A DNA stretch of 64,000 bases from Felis catus (Eukaryota). The stretch is from contig NC_058368.1 in NCBI RefSeq assembly GCF_018350175.1, positions 23,810,001 to 23,874,000 on the forward strand, in the 5' to 3' direction. The notes under the pieces were generated by a model, which saw only the letters and a list, made by a program, of their open reading frames with translations, ran no database searches and had not been told where the DNA came from. A program made the position numbers and the translations under genes. Positions 51,001 through 64,000 of the stretch are shown here, piece after piece (within the stretch, counting starts at the first letter, position 1; every line of letters begins with the position of its first letter).

Positions 51001-51989
51001 CTCTGCAGTTAGTTACAAGGCATTGACCCTCAAGTTAGGCCCAGCTTAAAGAATTCGAGGACTCATTTCATTACAAGTGGTTACATAAAATGTTAGATAG
51101 CTTAGTTGACTCTGGATTTTGTGCTATCTTAAATATAAACAAAGACCCCATAAAGCCAAAATAATAAGAAATAATAAGTAATAAGGAATTCTACCAAGAG
51201 CAGAACATCCTTCTGGGTAGGATGCTATGTAATTAAAGGCACCAGTACTACCCACTGTCTTTCACAGAATCTAAACATCACTTAGGCTCAAAGTCTCTTG
51301 GATCCCCAGGAGACCCAAATACAAAGAACAGCTGAGTAGAGAAAAGGATTCTGTTTCTGATGGGTACCAAGAGACAGAAGGGGTGGAAAATAACAAGGAG
51401 GGATTAGATTTCCAAGAGGGGGTGGGTCCAAAATAAATTTCATTAACTAGCCAAGGTAAGCCCTGATCCTGGATACACATCAGGCATCTTGTAGTATTCA
51501 TGTATTTTCAGCGTACTATATTCAATACCTTCCTTCAATTCCCATGATCTTTGACATCTTTGCTATGTGACACTCCCCCCCTTCCCTATGCTATCTTCCT
51601 GTCTCCCTCCCCACAACAACTCCCTTAATATCATAGTATCGGTCAGTTTGGGCTGCACCAACAACCAACTTCCAAAATCAATGGCTTATAAAACTTATTT
51701 ATTTCTTGTTCACATTATATAATGGTTGCAGGGTAGGACACATGATGATTAGCTACCATCTGGTCCATGCTGTTCTCATAGTGGGGGACAAAAATAAAAG
51801 AAACAGCCATTCCATAAACATTAATTAAAGCTTGTGCTCATATGTGGTATTTGTTATGCCTGCTAACAATCTATTGGCTTAAGCGAAGGAACGCACTTTA
51901 TCCACTGTGGTTGGTGGAGAGGATGTTAAGGGTGAGGAGAAAATGAATATTTGGGTCACTTCTCTACCCAATCACAAAACTGACCCTCT

Positions 51990-53110
51990 CTAAATGCTGT
52001 GTGCTCTAGATTTCTGTCCTTGCTGCCTTTTCTTATCCCACTACACATTTTCCTTAAACCAACCCGTCCATATCCATGGTGTCAATTACCAATACTTTCA
52101 CATCTGGTATCCTTAGCACCACTTCTCTCCTTGATTTCAGGCACACATTTTCCCCATGTATTGACTACCTGTACCCAAATACCTCCAGTACCACAAATGC
52201 AAGTTATGCAAAAAAAACCTAATTTATTAGTTCATTACTTATCTTGATATTCCCTAAATTTGTGCTTTTCTTTCATGCTATGATTTATCTACTATAATCC
52301 CTAGTCCTTCTGTATGTTAATCATGAACACAAAGCCTTGACTCATCCTTCTCCTTCTCTCCCTAAATCCAAAGATCACCACAGACTCATTCAGTCTGCTC
52401 TACTCCCCACCCCTACTGTCCTGGTCCATGGCCTTGCTGTCCTCAGTTAGCAGTGAGCCACTGTAATAGGCTTCTAACTGGTCCCCCCTTCCCGTGCTTC
52501 TAACATTCCATGATATTTTTTGAACATGACATGCATGCTCTCATCTCAGGGTCTTTGCACTTACTTTCTACTTCCTGGGTCTCAAAGGGTCCTCCCCATA
52601 TGCACATGGCCCCTGCCCTCACTTCCTTCTAGTCTGTAATCAAATATTGTCTTATTTGACAATATTTGTCTTTCCCTGACCACCCAAAATAAAATACAGT
52701 ACTTTCCCTACAACCTAGCACTATTTTTTTAATTCCTGCCTTTTTTTTAACGTTTATTTATTTTTGAGACACAAAGACAGAGACAGAGGGAGAGAGAGAG
52801 AGAAGCCCAAGCAGACCCTGTGCTGTCAGTGCAGAGCTGACACTGGGCTTGATCTCCCAAACCACAAGATTATGACCTGAGCCTAAATCAAGAGTTGGAT
52901 ACTTAACTCCATCACCCAGGAGCTCCACTCCTGCTATGTTCTTATTGGATGTATCAATACCTATCATTTTATTTATATATTTATTATAGATTTGCCATTT
53001 GTTAAGCATCTGCTGTCTCCCTTCCCAAGGGCCAGGGATACATCTGTTTTATATTTCCTCTCTCTCCAGTCCCCAGAACAGTGCTGGGCATGTGAAATAC
53101 TTGTTAAATG
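51990..53110 (+). mobile_element. L2 LINE remnant with SINE insertion
   Basis: 'ctgtaataggcttctaactggtc', 'tctcagggtctttgcactt', 'ccccagaacagtgctgggcat...ttgttaaatgaa'. Confidence 0.75.
52741..52926 (-). mobile_element. Can-SINE (older)
   Basis: Tail, (GA)n, 'tatgacctgagcctaaatcaagagttggatactta'. Confidence 0.9.
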
Positions 53111-53426
53111 AAAAAATAATAAATTCCTTTTCTGCTTATTAATCTATCTTGAATAGATTCTGTTTTGTGCAAATGTATAGGGTGATAAAGGCTGCTACTC
53201 TCCCAGAAGCTTCTATATCCTGGAAACATAAGCTACTGTAGCTTCCAGGCCTGCCTTTAAGATCCTGTCTGATTCTATCCCTGGACTCATTTTATCAGAT
53301 CTATTCCTAGGTGATTTGTCTACAAAGAATGCCTTTAAGTATCTAAACAAGGGTGAGAAGCACTTATCAATAATAAATCTTTGTAAATTTCTTTGGAAAC
53401 ATGCAGTATTAAACAGAAACACTTAT

Positions 53427-53633
53427 GGGGCACCTGGGTGGTCGGTTGAGAGTCTGACTTTGGCTCAGGTCATGATCTCACAGTTCATGGGTTCGAGCCC
53501 CACATAGGGCTCTGTGCTGACAGCTCAGAGCCTTGAGCCTGCTTCAGATTCTGTGTCTCTCTCTTTCTCTCTCTGCCCCTCCCCCACTTGTGCTGTGTCT
53601 GTCTCTCAAAAGTAAATATTAAAAAAAATAAAA
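53427..53633 (+). mobile_element. Can-SINE (felid type)
   Basis: 'ggggcacctgggtgg' head; flanks aaacactt on both sides. Confidence 0.93.
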
Positions 53634-53977
53634 AAACACTTCTAAACTATAAACAATAGTAATTGAAATAAAAGCTATATAGTTGATTTGCAAAAGTGAA
53701 AGCTGTAATACTAATTGTCATGGTATGTGAGCTTTAGATGATTTTTCAGAGAAAGCTGCCTGATGATCTCTTGAGGAAGAAATGTTGGGGCACAGAAGTA
53801 GTAAAGACTAGTTTTCTAGAAAAATACTTGTAATACCTCTTCCAATGGCCCTTTACTTTTTACTCTTGCCTAATTTGCCATTGAGTATAATCTCCTCTTG
53901 GCTCCCACTCCATAATCTCTATCTGGCTCTAGTCGTTCTTCTGTCCTCTTTGGAAGTTAGTATATCTCCTTCTAGAC

Positions 53978-54181
53978 ATAAGCTTTACAATGCGTACCAC
54001 TACTAACATGTGGCTATTTAAATTAATTAAAAGCAAAGAAATGAGAAACCCAGTTCTCCAGTTACCCTAGTCACATCACAGGTGCTCAGTAGACACATGT
54101 GGCTGGTGGCTACCATACTGGACAATACAGAATGTTATAGAACATTTCCATCATCTCAGAAAGTTCTATTGGACAGCACTT
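53978..54181 (-). mobile_element. hAT-Charlie MITE (MER3-like)
   Basis: 'tagaacatttccatcatctcagaaagttctattggacagcact'; 8-bp flanks ttctagac/ctccagac. Confidence 0.85.
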
Positions 54182-55969
54182 CTCCAGACCCTTAGGCTCC
54201 TACTTCTAGAATCCTGTTTGATTGTTTAACTTGTTTACTCTTCAACCTTTGCCTCAGGTTACAATTCCCACTGCAGTTCCAGCCAGGAGTTGTAGCAATG
54301 GGCTAGGCCAGCCCTGAGACATAGCAAGGTAGGGATTACATAGCGACAATCTGCTTTCAGATCTTCATTTACATTAAAGGTAGTAATGATGTTCAAGTTG
54401 CAGGTTGCTGGAGAGCAAAGAAGAAGGGCTGAACAGAGAAGACTCTGCTGTATAGGAGAAAGGGCAAAGCAGCAAGAGGTAACAGGGATATGGTGGTAAA
54501 TTCCAGGGAAACTGAGGTAATTAAAGCTTTAGGGAAGTGAACAAACTAGTTAAGAAAACAGGCAGGACCATAGAATGGTTTGCTTCCTTGTCAACACATA
54601 AGAGTCATGAGAATCTTGACTCAGGAGAGCCAAAGGTTTTGCTTACACCTGGGCCGTGCAGAGTCCACTATCTGTGCTATGCCAGCAAGATCCCTCCTTT
54701 ATGAAAGTCATTTTATAATTAGGAGGGGGGGAAGCATTAACTCAAGGAGGGGCCACTCCTTGGACAAAGGCTTGGGTAGGAATTTTAGGTGGATACATGC
54801 TCCTAAGTCACAAAAGGGAAGAACATGGCTAATATATGACAAGACAATTCCTTCCAGGGCTAGAAAGAGTGCTAATGGGTCATGTTTGGAATTCCTGCTA
54901 AGAATTTTTCTTAGAAAGAAAACGAAGATGCTCAGGAACCAGGTTAGGAGAAAGGAAATTATTCCTTCTCCCCGAGAAGTGACACTCAACATCACCTGAG
55001 GGAGGGCTTGCTTGCCAGAGCCCAGGGATAGAACCAAGGTGCCAATGGAGGGGATTTGCTTATTCATCAAGAAACAAGGTCTTAAGTGAAGTAATTGGGG
55101 TTTAATTATAGATGTGAGGCATCATGAAGGATATGAAGGGGATGCCTTAATGATTCCGATTCCCTGAAATCACACCACAAAGTCTACTTCTTCGTTCTCA
55201 ACTATCCACTTCACCCCGAACCCCCACACCTAGGAAAGAGCTGAGCAATTAGGCTGACACTGAAATCATTAGGTGAACATTCTAAAAAAACCAAGTTGAC
55301 AGAGTCTATAAATGCTCCAGTATGCTTTCAATTCAAGCAACAAGTTTCAAAATAGCTAAATTTTATATCATTTCCAGGATCAAATCAGTAGATTAAATGC
55401 TACAAAAGGAATTCAAACTATTAAAAAACCTGTAGCTAAGTCTTTGTATAAAATAAATTAGAAATTTATTTCAACATAATGTACAAGCTGTTCTCCCTCT
55501 GGGCCACTATCTCTAATCTGCAGAATTTCTTTTTGAGACCTAGGGATACAAAGGCAGAGAAATGAAAAGGAAAAAGACAAAACAGAACAAACCACAACTA
55601 GCCCTTAAAGTCTTCAATGCTCTGTAAAGCTCAGTTCCTTCTTTCAGAAACCTAGCAAGAAAGTATTGATTTTCTCAGAAACAGGCAAGGATCAGCTAAT
55701 TCCTTGAGGCAGTTAATGGTTTTGTTATTTAATTTGTTATTTAACAATTGTTTATCATTCAAGGGCTTATCCTGCATGTGTTGTGAAGAGCCTTTCCCAG
55801 TGGTAGAGCACCGGATGGAGGCCAAAACAATAATAGCCTGAACTGAGGATTGTATGAGGGTGGACTGGTTTGTGTGGATGAGGTTAAGAATACTATCGGT
55901 CCAACTCCCGTCCTTACTATCTGCTCTCAGGGTGGACCTTTGTGGAACCATTTGAGTGAGAATGAACAG

Positions 55970-56190
55970 CAGAAATCTGCCATTAATAAAACATTGATTC
56001 AGCAAACAGTGCTGTGTAAGTTTTCACTGCATGACTGTATAAATGCTTTCTAGCAATCTTGACAAGCAGGTATTATTATGCCGCATTTTCAGATCCAGAG
56101 AATTTAGGTAACTTGTCCAAACTTGCACAGTTCTAGAGAGTGGAGTTAAATATAAATCAAACCCAAGTTTTTAATTTTAAGTCCACATTG
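55970..56190 (-). mobile_element. MIR SINE
   Basis: 'ggtattattatgccgcattttcagat...ggtaacttgtccaa'. Confidence 0.7.
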
Positions 56191-57164
56191 TTTCATGGGA
56201 ACTAGAATTGTCCTCACTATAAACAACATATGGGAACGTATTCCTTAACTACAATTGTCTTCTGAATAATTCTCATTTCCAGAAAATTGTACTCAGAAGA
56301 GCTCTCTAGTGAAAGAACATGTTTCTATATATTTGCTCATAATGTGAACTTCTCCCAGAAATTATGTAAAGAGAGACAAATGAAGAATCAAATAGAATAT
56401 TGTACTGGACTGGAGGGCAGGGACAGGCAGTATTCCTGTCCCTCTGCCAAACTATATCCGAAAGTCATAAGAATTCCTAGTCAGGTTTATAGGCCTTCTG
56501 GAAGCTTAGGAATTCGACTGAAGAGGAACCTCAACATTTCTTCCCGTCAAGGGATACAAGCAAGTGAATGAAGGGGGATTACCAAGTTTAAGCACTAGGA
56601 TATGCAGCTCAACACCCAGAAGTGCAAGAATCCCTTTCAGTCAGGCATTCTTTCTGAGAGCTGTGCTTAAGCCATTGCTGATGTAGGAGAAGAAAACTAG
56701 ACATTCTGTAATCTTACACTGCCAAAATGAGACCACTGCATTCTTTTCAGCAAGAAGAGCTCACATCAATTGGCTACTGTTCAGCAAGTTTCCTAGGAAA
56801 ACCTCACAGGACTCTTTAGGAAACAGTGGGAAATACATCGTTCCAATTCCAACAAAAGCAACATGGAGCATGGTGATATGGTGAACCATTCTCATGACTC
56901 AATAACGTTTCATCTTTTCCTCAAGCCAAATAGTTCAGGAGATTGCTTGCTATTATTCTTAGCTGCTGGGATATAGCTTCCTGTCCTGTGTTTTCATCAC
57001 AGGTGGTGATTGCCGAGAGGAAAAGTTGTTCAAGAAGATAACTTGTCACCACCTAATGCATGACTCAAGAGTGGGAACTTATCTTAAGTTAAATTCTGAA
57101 AGCAGAAAGTCTTCCCTTGGGAAAGGCTCAGATGTGTAGAGATGTGACCCAATATTAGATGAAT

Positions 57165-57320
57165 ACTTACTATCTGTCAGGCACTTTATAAATATCATTT
57201 AATATCACAACTACCAGAGCAGGTAATTATTTTTATCTTCACTTTTCATGTGAGAAAGATAAGCTCAAACTTTTAAGAAATTGCTAAAATCACATAGCCA
57301 GTGAGTAGTAGAAATGTTTG
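57165..57320 (-). mobile_element. MIR SINE
   Basis: 'tacttactatctgtcaggcacttta...aaatcacatagccagtgagtagtaga'. Confidence 0.7.
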
Positions 57321-57329
57321 TTTTAATCT

Positions 57330-58065
57330 TTATATTTTTACTGAGGTCTAACATTCAAATAGCAATGTGCATAAACTACACTAATCTTAAATTTGCAGCA
57401 GTGAATTTTTACATGTGTTTACGCCCATGTAACCACCATTGAGCTCAGGATATACAAAGTTTCCACATCGCAGAAAGTTCCTTCTTGCCTCTTTCTCCTC
57501 AATATGCAACTCTATTCTGACTCCTATAAACGTGGATTAATTATGCTTGTCCTTAAACTTCACACAAATGTAGCATGACTAGCCATCCTAGTTTGCCTAG
57601 AGCCGAGGAATTTCCCAGATGTGGACTTTTCAGTGCTCAATCTAGCACAGTTGATCATCCTTTAAATTGAACCATACAATGTGCTTCGTTTTGTACACCA
57701 TCTTGTCTGTGAGACTCATCCACGCTGTTCAGTGTAGCAAGGTTTTGTTCTTTTTATTGTTGTGTATTATTCCATTTTATTACTACTCTATAATGTATTA
57801 GCCCATTATCCTGCTGATAGACATTCATTTCCAGTTTTTGACATTCATGAATGAAGCTAATAACAATGCTACAGGAGTCTTGTTGTGGATATTTACTCAA
57901 TTCTCTTGCTAGAAGAAATACCTCATAGCACAGGTATGTTTTAATGGAGACCACCAAAGTTTTCTCAAATAGTTGGAAGAATTTATTAAGCATAAAAGCT
58001 TTAGTTGCTCCACATCCTTACCAACATTTGGCATGTCAGTTTTTTAAAGTTTAGTCATTCTTGCC
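57330..58065 (-). mobile_element. Ancient L1 3' end (L1ME-like), with a small hAT-Blackjack-like insert at ~57575-57660
   Basis: 'cccatgtaaccaccatt', 'gttgctccacatccttaccaacatttgg'; insert 'catcctagtttgcctagag...ttcccagatgtggacttttcagtgct'. Confidence 0.7.
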
Positions 58066-58066
58066 G

Positions 58067-58552
58067 TGTGATAGTCTACTGTCACATGTCAGTATTCATA
58101 CCCTTGTGCAGTCTCCTCCCACATTGACTTGGGTCTTGGCCATGCGATTCACTTCAGCCAGTGGGGTATTAGCAAGTGTGACAAAAGTTAAACTTTGATA
58201 AACACTTACACATCGGGGCTTATTGTTTGGGGACACTTGCTCGGACAGACCTGATCTACCGTATAAAGATGTCTGGCTATGCCGCTAGAGAGACTACATG
58301 GAAAGGGAGACAGGAGGGAGAAACATTAGCATGGACTACTAGATGAGCCCTAGATGTTCCAGCCATCTCCACTGAAGTGCTGAACCTGCTGGGTGAGGAA
58401 GCCACCTTGGAAGTTCCAACAGAAGCAACATGGAGCAGAATTGCCCAATGGGAGTCCAGTCCAGATGAAGAATCGAGAAAATTATTACTGTTATTATTTC
58501 AGGCCACTAAGTTTTGGAGCATTTTATTTCATAACTACAGGTGATTCTAACA
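58067..58552 (+). mobile_element. MaLR solo LTR (MLT1F/G-like)
   Basis: 'gtattcatacccttgtgcagtctcctcccacattgac', 'ggccactaagttttgg...taaca'. Confidence 0.8.
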
Positions 58553-59425
58553 GGTGAGTATATACTAATATCTCATTTTGGATTTGATTATTTCCCTAAG
58601 GAATGACAATACTGAGCACCATTTCAGAAGTTTATTGTTTACTTGGAAAATAATGAAATTTTATGTTATTCCATTTGGTCTCTTAACTTTCTCATTAGAT
58701 CTTTTGTCTTTTCATGTTGTGATAATAATATAAATCTGTTACCTTAGCCTACCACAGATTAATACTTTTACCTCTTCCCAAACATTCCACATACCTTAAA
58801 CAGTTTAACTCAGTGTAGTCCTTCAACACTTTGGGTTATGATTTCCATTTTTACATGTTATAAGCTCCATGATACATTGTTGTTATTTTTGCTTTAAATA
58901 CCCATTATTCTTTTATATTTTCCTACATCTTTACTCTCCCCAGGGCTCTTCAGTTCCTCCTCCAGTTTTGTACTTCCACCTGGGCACATTATCCTTCGGC
59001 CTAAAGATGTCAAATTCTTTACAGGGTAGGTCTGGAAGCACAGATTTCCCTCAACTTCCGCCTGCAAAAGTCTTAACTTTCACCTTAAATTTTTACAATT
59101 AGCTTACCTTTATTTTTCAGGAGGGAATGATACCAAATGCCATTTCTTTCCTGCTCCATAGAAAATATTCTTATGATATTATTTTTTAATATTTAAAAAT
59201 TCCAAAATCTGTATGCAGTAAAATTCCATTTTGTGGTGTAGGTGTGACTCAATGGCATAGAATTAGGTAGCCATCTCTACAATCATGATAGGGAACAGTT
59301 TCATTATTCCCCCAAGTTCTTTTAGCCTACTTTAATCTCTGAAGACCACTGATGTGTTTTCAATCCCTAGTGTAGCCCTTTTAAGGATGCAACATCAACT
59401 GAATGATACAGTACAGAGCCTTTTT

Positions 59426-59654
59426 TTTTTATTATTAAAAAAAATTTTTTTTAACGTTTATTTATTTTTGGGACAGAGAGAGACAGAGCATGAACGGGGG
59501 AGGGGCAGGGAGAGGGGGAGACACAGAATCGGAAACAGGCTCCAGGCTCCGAGCCATCAGCCCAGAGCCTGACGCGGGGCTCGAACCCACGGACCGCGAG
59601 ATCGTGACCTGGCTGAAGTCGGACGCTTAACCGACTGCGCCACCCAGGCGCCCC
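59426..59654 (-). mobile_element. Young felid SINE (SINEC_Fc-like)
   Basis: TSD acagagccttttt at 59413-59425 and 59655-59667. Confidence 0.97.
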
Positions 59655-59680
59655 ACAGAGCCTTTTTAAACCTTTCACAG

Positions 59681-60484
59681 TTTTTTCTAGTTTCATCGAG
59701 AAACAATTGACATACATTGCTTTATAAGTTTAATGTTGATTAGGTTTATATATGTCGTGAAATCATTGCAACAGGTTTTGCTATCATCTCATATACATAC
59801 AATATAAAGAAAAAATTTTTCTCCTTGTGATGAGAACTCTTAGAATTTACTCTCTTAAAAACTTTCCTACATATCATACAACAAAGTTAACTATGTATTT
59901 GTCATGTTGTATATTATATCCCTAGTACTTATTTACCCTGTAACTGACAATGTGTACCTTTTGCTCACCTTCCTCAAATTCCCTTCCTCACCCTTAACCT
60001 CTGGTAAGCACTTGTCTGATCATTTTCTATGAGGTTGTTTTTTGTCATTTTGGGGGGGGAGTTTTTGTTGTTTTTATAATCCACATATAAATGAGATTTT
60101 ACAGTATTCATCTTTCTCTAACTTATTTCATTTATCATAAAGCCACATATTGGGGCGCCTGGGTGGCTCAGTCGGTTAAGTGTCCAACTTCGCTGAGGTC
60201 ATGATCTCACGGTCTGTGGGTTCGAGCCCCACGTCGGGCTCTGTGCTGACAGCTCAGAGCCTGGAGCCCATTTCAGATTCTGTGTCTCCCTCTCTCTGCC
60301 CCTCCCCTGTTCATGCTCTGTCTCTCTCTGTCTCAAAAATAAACATTAAAAAAAAATTTAAAAAAAAATAAAGCCACATATATGTGGCATCACAACTTTT
60401 TTTATCCATTCATCCATTAATGGACTCAGATTGTTTCCATGTCTTTGATATGTAAATAATACCATTATGAACATGGGAGTGTAG
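59681..60484 (-). mobile_element. L1 3' end (L1MA9/L1_Carn-like) with SINE insertion
   Basis: 'tgtgatgagaactcttagaatttactctc', 'tatccattcatccattaatggac'. Confidence 0.85.
60152..60367 (+). mobile_element. Felid Can-SINE
   Basis: TSD ataaagccacatat at 60137-60150 and 60368-60381. Confidence 0.96.
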
Positions 60485-61798
60485 ACAATTATATGGTCAC
60501 AATTATATGGCCAGTCTTTAACAAAGGAGGCAAGAATATACAATGGGTAAATGTCTCTTCAACAAATGGTGTTGGGATAACCAGACAGCTAAATGCAGAA
60601 GAATAAAATTGGACCACTCTTACACTATACACAAATAAACTCAAAATGGATTAAAAACCTAAATGTGAGACCTGAAATCATAAAAATCCTAGAAGAGAAA
60701 ATAGGCAGTAATTTCTCTGATATTGGCCCTAAACAACATTTTTCTAGATAGGGCTCATGGCACAGAGGAAACAAAAGAAAAAATAAACTATTTGGATTAC
60801 ATCAAAATAAAAAGCTTCTGCACAGTGAAGGAAACAATCAACAAAGCTACAAGACAACCTGGTGAATGAGAGAAGATAGTTGCAAATGACAAAGCTAATA
60901 AAGGGTTAGTGTCCAAAATATATAAAGAATTTATAAAATTCAATACCAAAAAACAAATAATCCAATTAAGACATGGACAGACATTTCTCCAAAGAAGACA
61001 TCTAGATACAAACAGACACATGAAAAGATGATCATCACCACTGTTCATCAGGGAAATGCAAATCAAAACCACAAGGAGACATCACCTCACACCTGTCAGA
61101 ATGGATGCAATCAACAACACAAAAACAACAGGTGTTGGCAAGGATGTGGAGAAAGGGGAATCCTCTTACAGTGTTGAGGGGAATGCAAACTGGTGCAGTC
61201 ACTCTTCAAACCAGTGCAGAGGTTCCTCAAAAAGTTAAAAATAGAATACCCTACAATCCAGCAATCACATTACTGAATATTTACCTAATGAATACAAAAA
61301 CACTAATTCAGAGTGATACACGCACCGCTATGTTTATAGCAAAATTATTTACACTTGCCAAATTATGGAAGCATCCCAAGTGTCCAATGACTGATGAATG
61401 GATAAAGAAGATGTTGTATAGATACGTATTGGAATATTATTCAGCCCCCCCAAAAAGATTAAAATCTTACCATTTGCAAGGAAATGGAAGCAGCTAGAGT
61501 ATCATGCTAAGTGAAATAAGCCAGTAAGAGAAAGACAAACACTATATGATTTCACTAATATGTACAATTTAAGAAACAAGACAAATGAGCAAAAGGGGAA
61601 GAGAGAGACAGACCAAGAAACAAGACTCGTAACTATAGAGAAATGATGGTTGCTAGAGGGGAGGGATTGGAGGATGGGTTAAAGAGATAATGGAAATTAA
61701 GGAGTGCATTTGTCCAGATGAACACTGGGTGATCTACGGAACTGTTGAATCACTATGTAGTATACCTGAAACTAAAAAACAAAAGAAAAAAGAAAAAA
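60485..61798 (+). mobile_element. Carnivore L1 3' ~1.3 kb (decayed ORF2 C-terminus, 3' UTR, A tail)
   Basis: Frameshifted ORF2 'MQIKTTRRHHLTPVRM'; 3' UTR 'gttgaatcactatgtagtatacctgaaact'; A-rich tail. Confidence 0.92.
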
Positions 61799-61981
61799 CA
61801 TACATACAAGCATTTGACTCAATATAAAATAAGTCTTGGGAAAGCAAATTGTTTTTCCCTAAGCTTATTTTTTTTCTAATTTTTCATGATTTTAATTTGT
61901 CTTAACTTTTTATTGCTTAGTGTGTATTATTTTGTCTTTATGATTTTGCCTTCAAACTATGTTTTAAAATTCTAAGCCCTT

Positions 61982-62199
61982 GGGATGCTTGGGTGACTCA
62001 TTTGCTTAAGTGTCCTACTTTGGCTCAGGTCATAATCTTGGGGTTCGAGCTCTGTGTTGGGCTCTGTGTTGCCAGCTCACAGCCTGGAGCCTGCTTCAGA
62101 TTCTGGGTCTCCCTCTCTCTGCTCCTCCCCCACTCATGTTCACACTCAGGCACTCTCTCATTTTTGCTCACTTTCTGTCAAAAATGAACATAAAAAAAT
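61982..62199 (+). mobile_element. Can-SINE (diverged)
   Basis: Head, (CT)n and tail; degenerate TSD aattctaagccctt/aattctcggccctt. Confidence 0.9.
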
Positions 62200-62409
62200 A
62201 GAATTCTCGGCCCTTGTCTCTGTCTGTAAACACCTTAGTGCACTTTCTAAAGCATGTACACTTTCTAAACTTAATGTTTGTAAAGGTGAGGAGAACCAAC
62301 TACTGTTTTCCTTCTGCTAACTTTCCAAGCCTTGCAGTTAGGCTGATATCATATTACTCATTCTGTTCCAAGGACTGTGAACAGAATTGATGTATTTATT
62401 TCCAGGTTA

Positions 62410-62645
62410 GGACAATTAGAGCAGATATTCCCCCCTCATCCACTTCTTGTCTCCTGTAGTGACCTCAGAGACTACATTTAGCACAACTACAAGATGACAT
62501 GGCCTCCATTAGCCTTCATCTCTGAGAGGCCATGTGCAGGAAAGTCCTCTGCCCACCAAGCAAGAAAAAGTAATGAACGAGAAATAAATCTTTGTTGTGA
62601 CAAGCCACTGAGATTTCAAAGTTAGTTAAACTATAGTACAACATC
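62410..62645 (+). mobile_element. Old MaLR LTR fragment (MLT1-like)
   Basis: 'gagaaataaatctttgttgtgacaagccactgagattt'. Confidence 0.55.
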
Positions 62646-63181
62646 TCCTTAAATAGAAGATTCTTTTATAAATTTAATGCAATTGGGGTCAACATGTAAA
62701 TAGCACAGACGTATACCAATAAAAAATAATCTTTTCTTTCAAAGACTCTGCTTGTTTTGCCCTGGAGCTCTCTTCTAATATCCCAGAAAACAAGATAAAG
62801 TGCCTAAATTAAGAAGTCTTAAGTTTAGGCCACCATTTTCAGGTTAACTCAGCCTTATGTGATACTTGATTCAAAATTCCAGTTCTCAATCATAGCCATT
62901 TCTCCTCTCTTAATAGAGTTTATGTCTTTCTTCTCCTTCCTGAGACCCATGAATGGGGTCAAGAGGAACCTTACTTATCCTCAAGTATTTACAAGGAGTA
63001 GCTGCTGAGGCACAGATTTTGTTCCTGCTCTCCTAGCCCCATGCGGTTAGTTTGTTCTGGTACCTGTGCTGGTGTCCATCAGGATGTTCCTACTCCAGCT
63101 CGGACTCCTGGGCATCTGATTGGTTCCTGAAGCTGAAGTTGGAGGACTGAGCTCTGCCTCCATTATGAGGTCCTTATGTTA

Positions 63182-63478
63182 TGATGTTGGGAAACATTTT
63201 CTGTTAAGGGCCAGAGAATGAATATTTTAGCCTTTTCAGGCCACATACAGTCTCGGTTGTATATTTTTCTTCTTTTTTCTCATTCTTCTTGTGGTGGTTG
63301 TAGTGGTGATGATGGTTGGTACTCTTCTTTCCGCTTCTCTTTTCTTCACTTTCTCTTTATCCCTCTTCTTCATCATTATTTTCTTCTGTTTGAAGTTGTA
63401 AACACCATTCTTAGCTCAGGGCCATAAAAATGCAGATTGGCAGAATTTGGCCCATTGGCCACAATTTGCCAACCTCTG
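63182..63478 (+). mobile_element. hAT-Charlie MITE (MER58B/C-like)
   Basis: 'ttgggaaacattttctgttaagggccaga...aaacaccattcttagctc...tttgccaacctctg'. Confidence 0.8.
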
Positions 63479-64000
63479 ACCTACAACCTTCCATTCTGAA
63501 CTTGGGCCTCTCTTAGTTCCCTACATGGATTTTTAACAACTCCTGGGTTCCTGGCATGCCCCACAAAGTCTGTGGAGGGTTGTGGATGATTTCAGGTCTG
63601 TCCACTAAAAAAAATTCTCTCTTCCTAGAGTGCTTTTTAAAAAATTACTTCCGTACCGCAATGATCCCAGAAACAGAACAAGGGCTGGCATGCTCCTTCA
63701 CTCCTTCTTAACCTGAGGACTCTACTGGAATTGTGATGGCCTGAGGCTCAGGAAATAGGGGATACAGGTCTGCTTCCAGGGATCCAGGCAGCAGACTTCC
63801 CATCTTGTGAAACTTATTTAAATTACTCTTCCTTTCCCCTCAGCAAACAGTTTTCTACTTTTTTCTGTTTGGCATATCATGTCCTCTGATCTTCTAAACT
63901 ATGGTTTATAGGAAAACTCTTCCACTGTGCTTGCACTAGTCTTGCATTTTACTATATATAAAGGACATTTTGGATCTTAGGAAATGCCTTTCTTTCTTAA

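Noticed and set aside
54580..55070. Overlapping 139-aa and 120-aa ORFs
   Set aside because: Non-ATG starts and no recognisable domain; consistent with chance
12936..57067. Scattered TGAGTCA/TGACTCA AP-1 sites
   Set aside because: The count is near chance expectation for a 7-mer in 64 kb
640..62199. tRNA-like A/B boxes
   Set aside because: All are heads of tRNA-derived Can-SINEs, not tRNA genes

Overview
Eukaryotic nuclear DNA from a felid (cat family), judged by abundant Felidae-type Can-SINEs (SINEC_Fc-like) and L1_Fc-type 3' ends. It is AT-rich and CpG-depleted, with no CpG island. I could not identify any protein-coding exon, RNA gene or named gene, so the window looks intergenic or deep intronic. 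Much of it is layered transposable elements: about 20 Can-SINEs (five very young, with intact CpGs and perfect TSDs), carnivore/felid L1 3' ends, old L1M, L2 and MIR fragments, MaLR/ERVL LTRs, hAT MITEs and one apparently younger ERV solo LTR (2129-2488). The only ORFs with a recognisable protein are decayed L1 ORF2 C-termini. I found no convincing novel biological system. The best second-look items are retrotransposition structures: two twin-primed L1 inversions, an orphan monomeric L1 5' UTR, nested insertions, a local ~140-bp dispersed duplication and close inverted young SINE pairs. A few weak minus-strand exon-like units and enhancer-like motif clusters are also noted. Repeat subfamily names come from recalled consensus sequences and need RepeatMasker/Dfam confirmation.
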